NCBI GenBank assembly: GCA_017848335.1
Contig: JAGDAX010000141.1
Span: forward strand, 5,558-69,557
Direction: 5' to 3'
Length of the DNA stretch: 64,000 bases
Source of the DNA: Clostridia bacterium
Lineage (GTDB): Bacteria > Bacillota > Clostridia > UBA1212
Shown: in pieces, positions 26,610 through 36,690 of the stretch
Numbering within the stretch: position 1 is the stretch's first letter
How the letters are laid out: each line of letters begins with the position of its first letter
Made by a program: the position numbers and the translations under genes
The notes under the pieces: generated by a model
Told to the model about the DNA's origin: nothing
Databases searched by the model: none
The model's input: the letters and a program-made list of their open reading frames with translations, nothing else

Positions 26610-29600
26610 ATGTATAATAAACTGCAGCTGCAATCGGAATGTGCCTCAAGAGTTGATTTTCAGCACGGGCTCAGCTATTTCAACGAGGAGCGGGTCGACC
26701 GCTTTGTCTACAAAAAGGCTGAGGACCGGGACGCCCCGGAGACGGTGGAGATTTCCGCGGTGATCAGGGGCATTCACGAGGACTATTCCGCCAATGCGGT
26801 GCTTTGCGACACGAGGGACCAGGAGAAGGGGAAGCTTGTATCTACTTTTTGCTCCTGCCCCGGCAGCAAGGAAAATAACAGGATCTGCAAGCATTGCATT
26901 GCGCTGATTCTGACGTATATCGAGAAACGCGACCAGGGGGAGCTTGTCGAGGAGGTCAAGGATTCCTACAGGCAGGAGGTGCGGGACATTGAACTGGCGA
27001 CGGACCGCATATTCCTGGACATTTTAAATTCCGAAAACGCGCGCAGGCGTATCGCGCTGAAGCAGAAGGGGCGCACGGACTCGCTTCGCCTTGTTCCGTA
27101 TCTGACGATGGACGACGTCTCCATGAAGCTGGAGTTTAAGGCCGGCGGCGAGAAGCTTTACATTGTGAAGGACATCCGCGAATACGTCAAGGCGGTCAGC
27201 GACAACAAGCCCATTTCCTACGGGAAGAACAAGAGCTTTCAGCACGACGTTTCGTTCTTTGACGAGGAATCCAGAGCGGTTTTGAATTTCCTGCTTAGGC
27301 AGGAGCAGAACAGGCTCACGTACCTCAAATCATATACCGCCAAGGACCAGGAGAGCCACAGGTTCATTGTGCTCAAAAAGGAGCTGCTGGACCTCTTCTT
27401 CGGCTATATGCTGGGCCGCGTGCTGTACGTAAGAAATGATTCCGCGCGAAGCCGGCACGAGAGGCTGCAGATCGCGGACACGGACGCAGACGCGGGCGCG
27501 AATGAGCTTGACGGCGCACCGTCGGAAAATGCTGCCGACGGGAGGGAACAGCCGGAGGAAACGCAGAGCGACCAGCTGCTGCGCGAGCATTACAGCGCTT
27601 ACGAGGTTACGGAGGGCTTCCCGGAGATGTCGTTCACGGTGACAGGCATTGATGGGAAGGGCGCTCTTGTCACGGGCTCCTTCATGCCGGTGTTTCTGGG
27701 CGTGCAGAAGGTCATTCTCGTGACGCAGGGGAAGATCTACGTGGCGGATAAGAGCCTTGCCAAGGGCGCAGGCGCCTTCCTCGAATACCTTTCGCGCGTT
27801 GCCTGCGACAACATTTTCATTTCCGACCAGGACCTCCGGACCTTCGTGCCGGTGATGCTCCAGGACATGAAGAAGCACTTCAATATTTTCTACGTGGACT
27901 TCAACGAGGCGGACTATATGCCCAGGGAGGCGGCCATTAAGCTTTACGTGGACATGCCCCGCAGCGACGTGATCTCCTGCGAGCTTTACGCCTGCTACGG
28001 CGAGGGCGGCAGCGAAAAGCGCTACAACGTGCTCACGGACAGGGATTATTCCGGGTCGCTGCGCAACGAGGCCGCGGAAATGGAGGCCTGGGAGGTCCTC
28101 AAAAAGTATTTCAACAAATACGATCCGCGGCGGGGCTCGGCCCTTATGGTCAAGAACGATGAGGCGATCTACAGCTTCATTACCGAGCAGATCTACGAGC
28201 TGGACAGCCTGGGCGAGGTGTTTGTCTCCGACAAGCTGAAGGCCGTCAACGTCAAGAAAGCCTCCCGGATAATGGCCGGCGTGTCGCTCAAGGGCGACCT
28301 GCTCAGCTTCACGGTGGAGAGCGAGGACTTCACGCCGCAGCAGCTTTCCGAGCTTCTCAGCAAGTACGACAGGCGCAAGAAATTCTTCCGCCTCACCGAC
28401 GGCACGTTCATCAATATGGAGGGCGAGGGCTTCGAGAATCTCGCCGCAGTGGGCAAAATGCTCGAAATGAGCGGCCTCACGCTCAGCTCCGGCACGGTGA
28501 CGATACCGAAGTTCCGGGCGCTCTTCCTGGACAGCGAGCTTTCCGACAACGAAAACGTTCTCATAAGCAGGAGCCGCGACTTCAGGGCCCTCATACGTAA
28601 CATGAAGACCTTTGAGGACAACGACTACGAGGTGCCGGAGGACCTCAAGGACACGCTCAGAAACTACCAGAAGTTTGGCTTCCGGTGGCTCAAGACGCTC
28701 AAAAACAACGGCTTCGGCGGTATTCTCGCGGACGAGATGGGGCTCGGCAAGACCGTCCAGACCATCGCCTTCCTCAAGTCCGAATATGACGAGGGCAACC
28801 GCAGCGGCGCCATCATCATATGCCCGGCTTCGCTGGTATACAACTGGAAGAGCGAGATCGAACGCTTCGCGCCGGATCTGCCCTGCGTGGTGGTGTCCGG
28901 CAAGCAGGAGGAGCGCCTCAGGATCCTCGGGGACCTCCGCCGCAGCGACATCCTGATAACCTCGTACGAGCTTCTCAGGAGAGACGTGGACATTTATTCG
29001 AAGCTGCATTTCGGATATCAGATCATTGACGAGGCTCAGTACATCAAAAACAGCGCCACGCTGTCCTCCAGGGCCGTGAAGCAGATCAGCGCCGGCTTCA
29101 GGCTGGCTCTTACCGGTACGCCCATCGAGAACAAGCTGTGCGAGCTCTGGAGCATTTTTGACTACCTGATGCCCGGCTTCCTGCACGACTACAGGCAGTT
29201 CAAGGAGGAATACGAGACGCCCATCGTGACGTTTAAGGACCGCGAAGCGCTCATGAACCTCCGCAAGCTCATAAGGCCCTTCGTGCTGCGGCGCCTGAAG
29301 TCCGACGTCCTGAAGGATCTGCCCGACAAGCTCGAGGAGACCCTTATGGCGAAGCTCACCGACAGCCAGGAGGAGCTCTACCGGGCGAACCTTCTGCGCA
29401 TCCGCGACAGCATCGCCGGCAAGACCAACGACGAGCTGGCAAAGGGCACCGTCCGCATACTGGCAGACCTCATGCAGCTCCGCCAGATCTGCTGCGACCC
29501 CTCGCTGATATTCGAAAATTACGACGGCGGCGCGGCCAAGGTCGACCTCTGCATAGAGCTCGTGAAGCGTGCCATCGACGGCGGCCACAAGGTGCTGCTG

Positions 29601-30041
29601 TTCTCGCAGTTTACGAGCATGCTGTCGATCATCGAGAAGCGCCTGGACGGCGAGAAGATAATGTACTATTCGCTGGTGGGCCAGACCCCCAAGGAGAAGC
29701 GCACCGGCATGGTGGAGGCCTTCAACCAGGGCGACGTTCCGGTGTTCTGCATCTCGCTGAAGGCGGGCGGCACCGGGCTCAACCTCACAAGCGCTGACAT
29801 CGTCATTCATTTCGACCCCTGGTGGAACGTGGCCGTGCAGAACCAGGCCACCGACAGGGCGCACCGCATCGGGCAGCGGAACATTGTCACGGTGTACCGC
29901 CTTATCGCGAAGGACACCATCGAGGAAAACATCATGAAGCTTCAGGAGCGCAAGAAGGAGCTGGCCACCGAGCTGCTGTCCGGCGAGGGCATCGACGCTG
30001 AGGGCATTTCGAGAGAAGAACTGCTGGAGATATTGGGGTGA
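26610..30041 (+). CDS. SNF2/RAD54-family helicase with an N-terminal SWIM zinc finger
   Basis: SWIM motif CSCPGSKENNRICKHCIA. SNF2_N motifs (LADEMGLGKT, DEAQYIKN). Helicase C motifs (QATDRAHRIGQ). Confidence 0.85.
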   Translation: MYNKLQLQSECASRVDFQHGLSYFNEERVDRFVYKKAEDRDAPETVEISAVIRGIHEDYSANAVLCDTRDQEKGKLVSTFCSCPGSKENNRICKHCIALILTYIEKRDQGELVEEVKDSYRQEVRDIELATDRIFLDILNSENARRRIALKQKGRTDSLRLVPYLTMDDVSMKLEFKAGGEKLYIVKDIREYVKAVSDNKPISYGKNKSFQHDVSFFDEESRAVLNFLLRQEQNRLTYLKSYTAKDQESHRFIVLKKELLDLFFGYMLGRVLYVRNDSARSRHERLQIADTDADAGANELDGAPSENAADGREQPEETQSDQLLREHYSAYEVTEGFPEMSFTVTGIDGKGALVTGSFMPVFLGVQKVILVTQGKIYVADKSLAKGAGAFLEYLSRVACDNIFISDQDLRTFVPVMLQDMKKHFNIFYVDFNEADYMPREAAIKLYVDMPRSDVISCELYACYGEGGSEKRYNVLTDRDYSGSLRNEAAEMEAWEVLKKYFNKYDPRRGSALMVKNDEAIYSFITEQIYELDSLGEVFVSDKLKAVNVKKASRIMAGVSLKGDLLSFTVESEDFTPQQLSELLSKYDRRKKFFRLTDGTFINMEGEGFENLAAVGKMLEMSGLTLSSGTVTIPKFRALFLDSELSDNENVLISRSRDFRALIRNMKTFEDNDYEVPEDLKDTLRNYQKFGFRWLKTLKNNGFGGILADEMGLGKTVQTIAFLKSEYDEGNRSGAIIICPASLVYNWKSEIERFAPDLPCVVVSGKQEERLRILGDLRRSDILITSYELLRRDVDIYSKLHFGYQIIDEAQYIKNSATLSSRAVKQISAGFRLALTGTPIENKLCELWSIFDYLMPGFLHDYRQFKEEYETPIVTFKDREALMNLRKLIRPFVLRRLKSDVLKDLPDKLEETLMAKLTDSQEELYRANLLRIRDSIAGKTNDELAKGTVRILADLMQLRQICCDPSLIFENYDGGAAKVDLCIELVKRAIDGGHKVLLFSQFTSMLSIIEKRLDGEKIMYYSLVGQTPKEKRTGMVEAFNQGDVPVFCISLKAGGTGLNLTSADIVIHFDPWWNVAVQNQATDRAHRIGQRNIVTVYRLIAKDTIEENIMKLQERKKELATELLSGEGIDAEGISREELLEILG

Positions 30042-30071
30042 TCTGAGTGCCGTCCGCGCGTTCCGCGGTAA

Positions 30072-31481
30072 ATGAGTGCCGGGAAGAGGCCGGAGGCCGG
30101 AGAGAGCGCACAGGGCGCACATCATATTTACCCTGAAAATCGGAGATTCAGATTGAAAGACACAGGCTTTTACGTTTACACCTTCGGGTGCAAGGTGAAT
30201 ATTTTCGAGTCCGAAGCCATGGGGGAGCTGCTTCTCGAGAGAGGCGGCTTTTTCCGCGCTGATACGCCCGGGGACGCGGACGTTATCATAATAAATACCT
30301 GCGCGGTTACGGAGGAAAGCGAAAAAAAGGCGCTGAAGCTCATAAGGCGCGTGAAGCGGGAGAATCCGAAGGCGTGTCTTCTTGTGTGCGGCTGCATGGC
30401 GCAGCTTTCGACTGAACGCATTGAAGGCGCCGGAGCGGATATTATTTTCGGGAACACGAAAAGAACCGTGCTGCCGGAGCTTATCGCGGAGTGGAAAAAG
30501 AGCGCGGGGCCGCAGAGGGCGCCGCTTATTTACACCGACAGGCACAGTGAGGGCGAGCTGTTTGAGAGGCTTAGCGTGAAGTCCTACGGCAGCTTGACGC
30601 GGGCGAATCTTAAGATTGAGGACGGCTGCGACTGTTATTGCGCTTATTGCGTGATTCCCTTCGCGAGGGGGCACGTGCGCTCGCTGCCGCCTGACGACGT
30701 CCGGGAGATGGCCCGTGAATTTACGCGCAACGGTCACCGGGAGATCGTGCTTACAGGCATCAACATCGGTATGTACGGGCGCGACATAGGCAAAAGCCTT
30801 TACGACGCCGTGGCGGCTGCCCGTGAAGGCGGCGCTCTCAGGATCCGGCTCGGTTCGATCGAGATCGACCTTATTGACGACGACACGATAATGAAGCTCG
30901 CGCAGGTCGAGGAGCTGTGCCCGCATTTCCATACGTCGCTGCAGTCGGGCTCCGACACGGTGCTGCGCAGGATGAACAGAAGGTACGACGCGGCGGAATA
31001 CATGAGGAAGATCGACCTGCTCAAGGACAATTTCGGGAATCCATCCGTCACAACTGATATTATCGTGGGCTTCCCGGGGGAGACCGAGGACGAGTTCAAC
31101 GAGACGGTGGAATTTGCGCGGAGGGTGGGCTTCTACAAGATGCACGTTTTTCCTTACTCGATAAGGCCCGGAACCGCCGCCGCAAGCATGCCGGAGCAGG
31201 TGCCGGAGGAGATCAAAAAGAAGAGGGCGGAATTGCTGGGCGCTCTTGACGTCGAGATGCGCGGCAGGTTCATCAACGGACAACTGGGCATTCCGCAGAG
31301 CGTGCTGGTCGAGACCGTCAGGGACGGGTTTGCTTTTGGCCACACCGCAAATTATATTTACGTCAAGATACCGCTTGACGGGGGCGCAGGCGGCGGGTCC
31401 GCCAAGGTTTCCAGGAACGAATTTGCAGGCGTGAGAATAAAGGCCTTCGGGGAGGATGCGGCGCTGGGAGAGCTGATTTGA
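30072..31481 (+). CDS. mtaB: tRNA t6A37 methylthiotransferase MtaB (radical-SAM MiaB-like)
   Basis: YVYTFGCKVN in the N-terminal MTTase domain, the radical-SAM CxxxCxxC (CDCYCAYC), and a TRAM domain. The true start is probably TTG at 30153 (RBS ggag) rather than the ATG at 30072. Confidence 0.8.
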   Translation: MSAGKRPEAGESAQGAHHIYPENRRFRLKDTGFYVYTFGCKVNIFESEAMGELLLERGGFFRADTPGDADVIIINTCAVTEESEKKALKLIRRVKRENPKACLLVCGCMAQLSTERIEGAGADIIFGNTKRTVLPELIAEWKKSAGPQRAPLIYTDRHSEGELFERLSVKSYGSLTRANLKIEDGCDCYCAYCVIPFARGHVRSLPPDDVREMAREFTRNGHREIVLTGINIGMYGRDIGKSLYDAVAAAREGGALRIRLGSIEIDLIDDDTIMKLAQVEELCPHFHTSLQSGSDTVLRRMNRRYDAAEYMRKIDLLKDNFGNPSVTTDIIVGFPGETEDEFNETVEFARRVGFYKMHVFPYSIRPGTAAASMPEQVPEEIKKKRAELLGALDVEMRGRFINGQLGIPQSVLVETVRDGFAFGHTANYIYVKIPLDGGAGGGSAKVSRNEFAGVRIKAFGEDAALGELI

Positions 31482-31494
31482 GCACAGTGAAGAA

Positions 31495-31580
31495 TCGGCC
31501 GCGGTGAAGATGGTTTGAGCCCGGTGATGGGTTGAACCCGGTGATGGGTTGAGCCGGTGATGATGGTCTGAGCGGGGCGG
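31495..31580. repeat. Tandem repeat ccggtgatgggttga x3
   Basis: gagcccggtgatgggttgaacccggtgatgggttgagccggtgatgatgg. Confidence 0.6.
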
Positions 31581-31696
31581 CGAAGGTTTGGGCGCGGGAA
31601 GCCGCACGGCGCACTGCCGGGTTCTTTACAAGAGCGAGGATTTGCGGTAAAATGAAAGTTGTGGGTTTTAATTCACGGGCTTAGGAGAGGTGAAGC

Positions 31697-32434
31697 GTGG
31701 AAGAGTACAGAATTCAAAAGTTTTTGGCACATTCGGGCGTTTCATCCCGCAGAGCCGCCGAGGTGTTGATCGCGGAGGGCAGGGTCTTTGTGAACGGCAG
31801 ACGCGTTACCGATCCGGCCACCAAGGTGACGGTCAGGGACAAGGTCACCGTGGACGGAAAGCACGTCACGATCACAAGGACGCACACGTACATTATCATG
31901 AATAAACCGCTGTCCGTTCTCAGCTCGGCCGAGGATGACCGCGGGAGGACCTGCGTTGTGGATCTCGTTAAGACCGACGCCAGACTTTACCCGGTGGGCA
32001 GGCTGGATTACGATACGCAGGGGATTATTCTTCTCACGGATGACGGCAAGTTTATGCAGCGAATTACCCACCCCAAGTATGAGATGTGGAAAACCTACGA
32101 GGCGCTTGTCAAGGGCGAGCCCAAGGAGGAGGATCTGGCGGTGCTCCGGCAAGGCGTTCCGCTGGATGACGGCCTGGCGCTTCCTGCGGAGGCTGACGTG
32201 GTCAGGTTCAAGGGCCCCAACGCCGTGGTTCGCGTCCGGATCAGAGAGGGCCGCAACCGGCAGGTGCGAAGAATGCTGGAGGCGATCGGATTCCCGGTGC
32301 TTAAACTGAAGCGCACTGCTATTGGCGGGCTTACGGTCGAAGGCTTGAGGCCCGGCGCCTGGAGGCACATGAAGCGGAAGGATTTTGAGGACCTTCTCGG
32401 CAAGAACGAGGCCCGCAAATGGGGCTTTACCTGA
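31697..32434 (+). CDS. rRNA pseudouridine synthase (RsuA/RluB family, S4 + PseudoU_synth_2 domains)
   Basis: S4 domain KFLAHSGVSSRRAAEVLI. Catalytic GRLDYDTQGIILLTDDG. GTG start with RBS aggagagg. Confidence 0.85.
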   Translation: MEEYRIQKFLAHSGVSSRRAAEVLIAEGRVFVNGRRVTDPATKVTVRDKVTVDGKHVTITRTHTYIIMNKPLSVLSSAEDDRGRTCVVDLVKTDARLYPVGRLDYDTQGIILLTDDGKFMQRITHPKYEMWKTYEALVKGEPKEEDLAVLRQGVPLDDGLALPAEADVVRFKGPNAVVRVRIREGRNRQVRRMLEAIGFPVLKLKRTAIGGLTVEGLRPGAWRHMKRKDFEDLLGKNEARKWGFT

Positions 32435-32518
32435 GCGGGAGTCGATTAAACGTTGCCGCGGATGACTTTAACGATAGATCAACAATAAATCGATCATCAG
32501 ATAATATGGCAGGTTGAT

Positions 32519-33949
32519 ATGGCAGATTTTAACGACAACAGAGAGAATAAGGAGTCCTTTGAGGACTTTTCGGCCGTGGAAGAGGAGTTTTTTGACGACG
32601 ATTTTGTGTTCACCGTCAAGGACCCCGAGGACGAGCCTGCTGCGGCTTTTGAAGCGGCTTCGGACAGCTCGGCGGCTTCCGGCGCTTCCAATACTTCTGA
32701 CGTTTCAGATACAAGTGAGGCTGCCCCTGATGCACCCGAAGCTGCCGCGGACACGGCTGACGTTGCTTTGAACTCTGCAGGCGCTGCCGCGGACACGGCT
32801 TATGCGGCCTCTGACGCTGCTGATCTTGCGGAAAACGCGGGCCCTTTGGACGGTTTTGCGGAGGATGATATTCCCGGGGCGGATGATATTTTTGCGGACA
32901 CGGTGGAGGCCGGTTCCGACAGCATCGATGACCTCAAGGATCACGCGGAGGAAGGCGGCGCACAGGGCGGAGATCGGCCTTACGGCGGCGCGGATTCAGG
33001 CGAAGAGGGGACGCTCTTTGGCAGCATTACCGGAAAGATCGACGTGGTGGACGGCGCTTCCGGCGACAACGACAGAGCTGCCATGATTTCCTTTTACGAG
33101 ATGGAGGCAGGCGCAGAGGGGCTTGAGGCAGACGCAGCGGGAGACCGGACGGCTGCGGCAGGAAACGCGGACAAGTCGTTTCTTTACAGGTTTTTCCATG
33201 CGCAAAAAGGCGACCCGCTCTATATTCCTCATGAGATCGTTTCCTACGTTCTTATCATTATTCTGGCCTTCGTGGCGGCGATTCTCATAAACATTTACAT
33301 TTTCCGGCTCAGCACGGTGGTGGGCGGCTCGATGAACCATACCTTCCACAACGGGGAGACGGTTTTCCTATCAAGACTGCCGTACATTTTCGGGTCACCC
33401 AAGAGGGGCGACGTTATCATTTTTGACCACACAGGCGAGCCCAGAACCTTCAAAAAGGACTGGTCCGATTCGATCAGGTCCAACGCGATCGTCAATCTGT
33501 TCAGAAAAAGCAAGAACATCGACGAGGACAAGCACGAATTTTACATCAAGCGCGTCATCGGCATTGAGGGCGACGTCATTCTCATCAAGAACAACAAGGT
33601 CTACAGGGCCAGAGCCGCGGAGCTTGGCGGCGCTTATGCGGAATATTACGAGCTGAGCGAGCAGTACAGGAAGAAGCCGAGTGACGAGGAAATCAAGGGC
33701 AAACTGGAAAATGCAAGGGCGGCGTTCGCGGGCATCGGGCAGGATATGTCGCAGTGGGAGGAGCTTGTCGAGCCATACGTGAATCCAGACGAGACGCCGA
33801 ACTACCGTGACTGGGAAGGCAGGCTCTGGTTTGTGGGAAGTGACGAGGTGTTCGTGATGGGTGACAACCGCAACCACAGTCTGGACAGCAGAAACCTTGG
33901 CACGAAGCCGGTAAATTGCATTCTCGGCAAGGTGCTCGGAAACCACTGA
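32519..33949 (+). CDS. lepB: Signal peptidase I (S26 family) with a ~230-aa acidic low-complexity N-terminal extension
   Basis: Catalytic Ser (SMNHTF) and Lys (YIKRVIGIEGD) boxes and GDNRNHSLDSR. TM anchor IVSYVLIIILAFVAAILINIYIF. The N-terminal 230 aa are rich in D/E/A/S. Confidence 0.8.
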   Translation: MADFNDNRENKESFEDFSAVEEEFFDDDFVFTVKDPEDEPAAAFEAASDSSAASGASNTSDVSDTSEAAPDAPEAAADTADVALNSAGAAADTAYAASDAADLAENAGPLDGFAEDDIPGADDIFADTVEAGSDSIDDLKDHAEEGGAQGGDRPYGGADSGEEGTLFGSITGKIDVVDGASGDNDRAAMISFYEMEAGAEGLEADAAGDRTAAAGNADKSFLYRFFHAQKGDPLYIPHEIVSYVLIIILAFVAAILINIYIFRLSTVVGGSMNHTFHNGETVFLSRLPYIFGSPKRGDVIIFDHTGEPRTFKKDWSDSIRSNAIVNLFRKSKNIDEDKHEFYIKRVIGIEGDVILIKNNKVYRARAAELGGAYAEYYELSEQYRKKPSDEEIKGKLENARAAFAGIGQDMSQWEELVEPYVNPDETPNYRDWEGRLWFVGSDEVFVMGDNRNHSLDSRNLGTKPVNCILGKVLGNH

Positions 33950-33995
33950 GCTTTTAGATTGACAATTTTTCGTAACGGAAATTCCGGAGTTTACA

Positions 33996-34613
33996 ATGAT
34001 CAAAATTTGCATCGCGTCCAATAACCGCAACAAGATAAAGCAGTTTGGGGAAATAATAGCCGGGGAGGGCATTTGCGCGGAAACGTATTCCGCGGGAGAC
34101 CTCGGCTTCAGCGATTTTCCGCCGGAGGACGCGGAAACCTTCTTTGGCAACAGTCTGATCAAAGCCTCTGCGGTGCGCGGGTTCCTTGAAGCAAAGGGTA
34201 TTGCCGGGCAATATTACGTGCTCTCGGACGACTCGGGTATCTGCGCCGACGCGCTTGGCGGGGCGCCCGGCGTTCATTCCGCGCGATTCTCGGGCGAGCA
34301 TGCGACGGACGACGCGAACAACCGCAAATTGGTCTCGCTGCTTGCGGCTTTCCCGGAAGAGGAGAGGACCGCGCATTATTCCTGCGTGGTCACGATGATC
34401 GTCCCGAATGGCGACATTATTAGCGGCCAGGGCATGGTTTTCGGCAGGGTCATCGACACGCCAAGGGGCCACGACGGCTTCGGATACGATCCTTTCTTTT
34501 ACGTGGATCCAAAGGGGGCGACCTTCGCGGAGCTTTCCTCCGCGGACAGGAATGCCATCAGCCACAGGGGGAATGCCCTCAGGCGCGTTATCCGCGAGAT
34601 CAAGCTGCGGTAG
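33996..34613 (+). CDS. rdgB: Non-canonical purine NTP pyrophosphatase (RdgB/HAM1)
   Basis: IASNNRNKIKQF...SDDSGICADALGGAPGVHSARF..GFGYDPFF. Confidence 0.9.
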   Translation: MIKICIASNNRNKIKQFGEIIAGEGICAETYSAGDLGFSDFPPEDAETFFGNSLIKASAVRGFLEAKGIAGQYYVLSDDSGICADALGGAPGVHSARFSGEHATDDANNRKLVSLLAAFPEEERTAHYSCVVTMIVPNGDIISGQGMVFGRVIDTPRGHDGFGYDPFFYVDPKGATFAELSSADRNAISHRGNALRRVIREIKLR

Positions 34614-34683
34614 GCGCTCATTAAATGCTCTTCCGCAAGCGGCGGGTTTTACCGTCGTTTTTCAGCGTGAATTAAAGCCCGGA

Positions 34684-34715
34684 GGAGAATCTGATTCTTC
34701 TCCTTTTTAGAACTG
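34684..34715 (+). terminator. Rho-independent terminator after rdgB
   Basis: aggagaatctgattcttctcct followed by ttttt. Confidence 0.55.
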
Positions 34716-34991
34716 AAATATATTCCCGATCCGATGGGATCTTCCGCTGATCAAAATGTTCCTTCCAATCGTGAGGTCAGCGAAGCTTTTTCCTTTTTAC
34801 AGCGAAATAATTCTCCTGCAGCAAGTCCGGCTTCGTGATGACGAAAGCCTGATCCCGGATCAAGCCTGACGCCGGGATGAAGCAAGCCTGATCCCGTGAA
34901 TGCAGCGGTGCCCGGAGGCAACGTTAAAGCAGCGGCGAAACGTATTTGACCGACAACCCGGCACAGACGTGCCCGTTCGGAGTGTGATAAG

Positions 34992-35744
34992 ATGAACCAG
35001 CGTAATTTGAGACAGAACGTGCTTGTGACCGGCGCCACCGGAGGAATCGGCTCGGCGATCGTCCGCAAGTTTTACGAAGAGGGCTGCAACGTGGCGATAC
35101 ACTATGCCCACAGCAAGGACCGGGCGGAGCTTCTGGCTGAGACACTCAGCGAAAACGGCGGCGGCACGGTAAGGGTCTTCGGCGCGGACTTCACGGACCC
35201 CTATTCGATACAGGATATGTTCGCGGAGATCCGGGAGGATTTCGGGGACGTCGATATTCTCGTGAACAACGCGGGAATCGGCAGCTTCGGCCTCATCACC
35301 GACGTGACCTATGAAGACTGGCGCACGATGTTCGCCGTCAACGTAGACGCCGCATTCCTGTGCATCCGCGAGGTTCTTCCGTACATGATAAGGCAGAACT
35401 ACGGAAAAATCGTGAACGTTTCGTCGATATGGGGCATTACGGGCGCTTCCTGCGAGGTGGATTATTCCGCCGCCAAGGCCGCGATAATAGGGCTCACGAA
35501 GGCTCTCGCCAAGGAGGTGGGGCCGTCGGGCGTGAACGTCAATTGCGTCGCGCCGGGAGTCATCGATACCGAGATGAATGCCCGACTCAGCCCGGAGGAT
35601 ATGCTGGATCTGGTGGACGATACGCCGCTCGGCAGGCTGGGCCTCCCGCAGGACGTCGCGGAAGCGGTCTTTTTCCTGTGCGGAGAGGGCGCCTCGTTTA
35701 TCACGGGGCAGGTTTTGAGCCCGAACGGCGGGTTTGTGATCTAG
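34992..35744 (+). CDS. SDR-family oxidoreductase (FabG-like 3-oxoacyl-ACP reductase)
   Basis: TGATGGIGSAI Rossmann motif, NNAG, and the catalytic YSAAK. Confidence 0.85.
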   Translation: MNQRNLRQNVLVTGATGGIGSAIVRKFYEEGCNVAIHYAHSKDRAELLAETLSENGGGTVRVFGADFTDPYSIQDMFAEIREDFGDVDILVNNAGIGSFGLITDVTYEDWRTMFAVNVDAAFLCIREVLPYMIRQNYGKIVNVSSIWGITGASCEVDYSAAKAAIIGLTKALAKEVGPSGVNVNCVAPGVIDTEMNARLSPEDMLDLVDDTPLGRLGLPQDVAEAVFFLCGEGASFITGQVLSPNGGFVI

Positions 35745-35749
35745 GAGGA

Positions 35750-35855
35750 GCGCCTCCGGCTGCCGCGCAGCGCCCTCCGGCCTCTGGCCTTTAGCCTATA
35801 GCTGCCTCGCAGCGCCCTCCGGCCTGTACAGGCACTCGGCACTGACAACATCAAC
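35750..35855. repeat. Mosaic intergenic repeat (gccctccggcct..ggcctttagcctatagctgcc..ggcactcggcactg modules)
   Basis: Shares modules with the copies at 16195, 50050 and 59235. Confidence 0.55.
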
Positions 35856-35894
35856 CAACCTATACAAGACTCACTCGATTTGAAAGGTACCGTA

Positions 35895-36497
35895 ATGAAA
35901 AAGCTTGATGATAAAACCAAGAAGATATTGGTGATCGTAGGAGCCGTGGTCGTACTGGCGGTCCTGCTGATCGCCGTCGCGAAGTTCTACCCGGGAGGTA
36001 TTCAAGGGCTCTTTAGCGCGGTCGGAAACGTTGCGGAAGGGACCGGGGCCCCCGTTGAGACAGGATTGACGGTGACTACGCCGAAGCCCTCCGGAGGAGG
36101 GAACGAGACTGCCGGGCCTGAAGACGAACCCGCGGAAACAGACGCTCAGGGCACCGAAACGGCCGCCATTGACGAGAACGGCTTTTACTACGACAAGGAC
36201 AACGTGGCCCTTTACATTCACACGTACGGCAAGCTCCCCTCGAATTTTATGACCAAGAATGAAGCCCGCGCCCTCGGCTGGAACGGCGGCTCGCTCGAGA
36301 AGTACGCGCCCGGCAAGGTCATTGACGGCGACTACTTCGGCAACAACGAGGGGCTGCTTCCCAAGGGCGTGAAGTATACCGAGTGCGACATTGACACGAA
36401 GGGCTCTGACCGGGGCGCCAAAAGGATCGTGTTCGGAAACGACGGCAGCATCTACTATACCGACGACCATTACGAGAGCTTCACCAGACTGTACTGA
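35895..36497 (+). CDS. Barnase-family ribonuclease (RNase N1/T1 superfamily), N-terminally membrane-anchored/secreted with a Gly/Thr/Glu-rich linker
   Basis: YIHTYGKLPSNFMTKNEARALGWNGG..APGKVIDGDYFGNNEGLLP...TDDHYESFTRLY aligns with B. amyloliquefaciens barnase (YLQTYHKLPDNYITKSEAQALGW...TDHYQTFTKIR). Confidence 0.75.
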   Translation: MKKLDDKTKKILVIVGAVVVLAVLLIAVAKFYPGGIQGLFSAVGNVAEGTGAPVETGLTVTTPKPSGGGNETAGPEDEPAETDAQGTETAAIDENGFYYDKDNVALYIHTYGKLPSNFMTKNEARALGWNGGSLEKYAPGKVIDGDYFGNNEGLLPKGVKYTECDIDTKGSDRGAKRIVFGNDGSIYYTDDHYESFTRLY

Positions 36498-36690
36498 GTC
36501 GGCGCAGGGGCGCGTATTGTTCCGCCTGGGCGCTAAGGGGCGCGTATTGCTCCGCGACAAGCATGCCCGCATACGAAAAGCGGGAGCCGGTTTATTGACG
36601 CGGACAGTATTGACGCGGACAGTATCTCTGCACGGCGCACCGGCAAATGAGCCGCGGAAGCCGAAGGAAAACGAAGGAGATTGGAGCACT

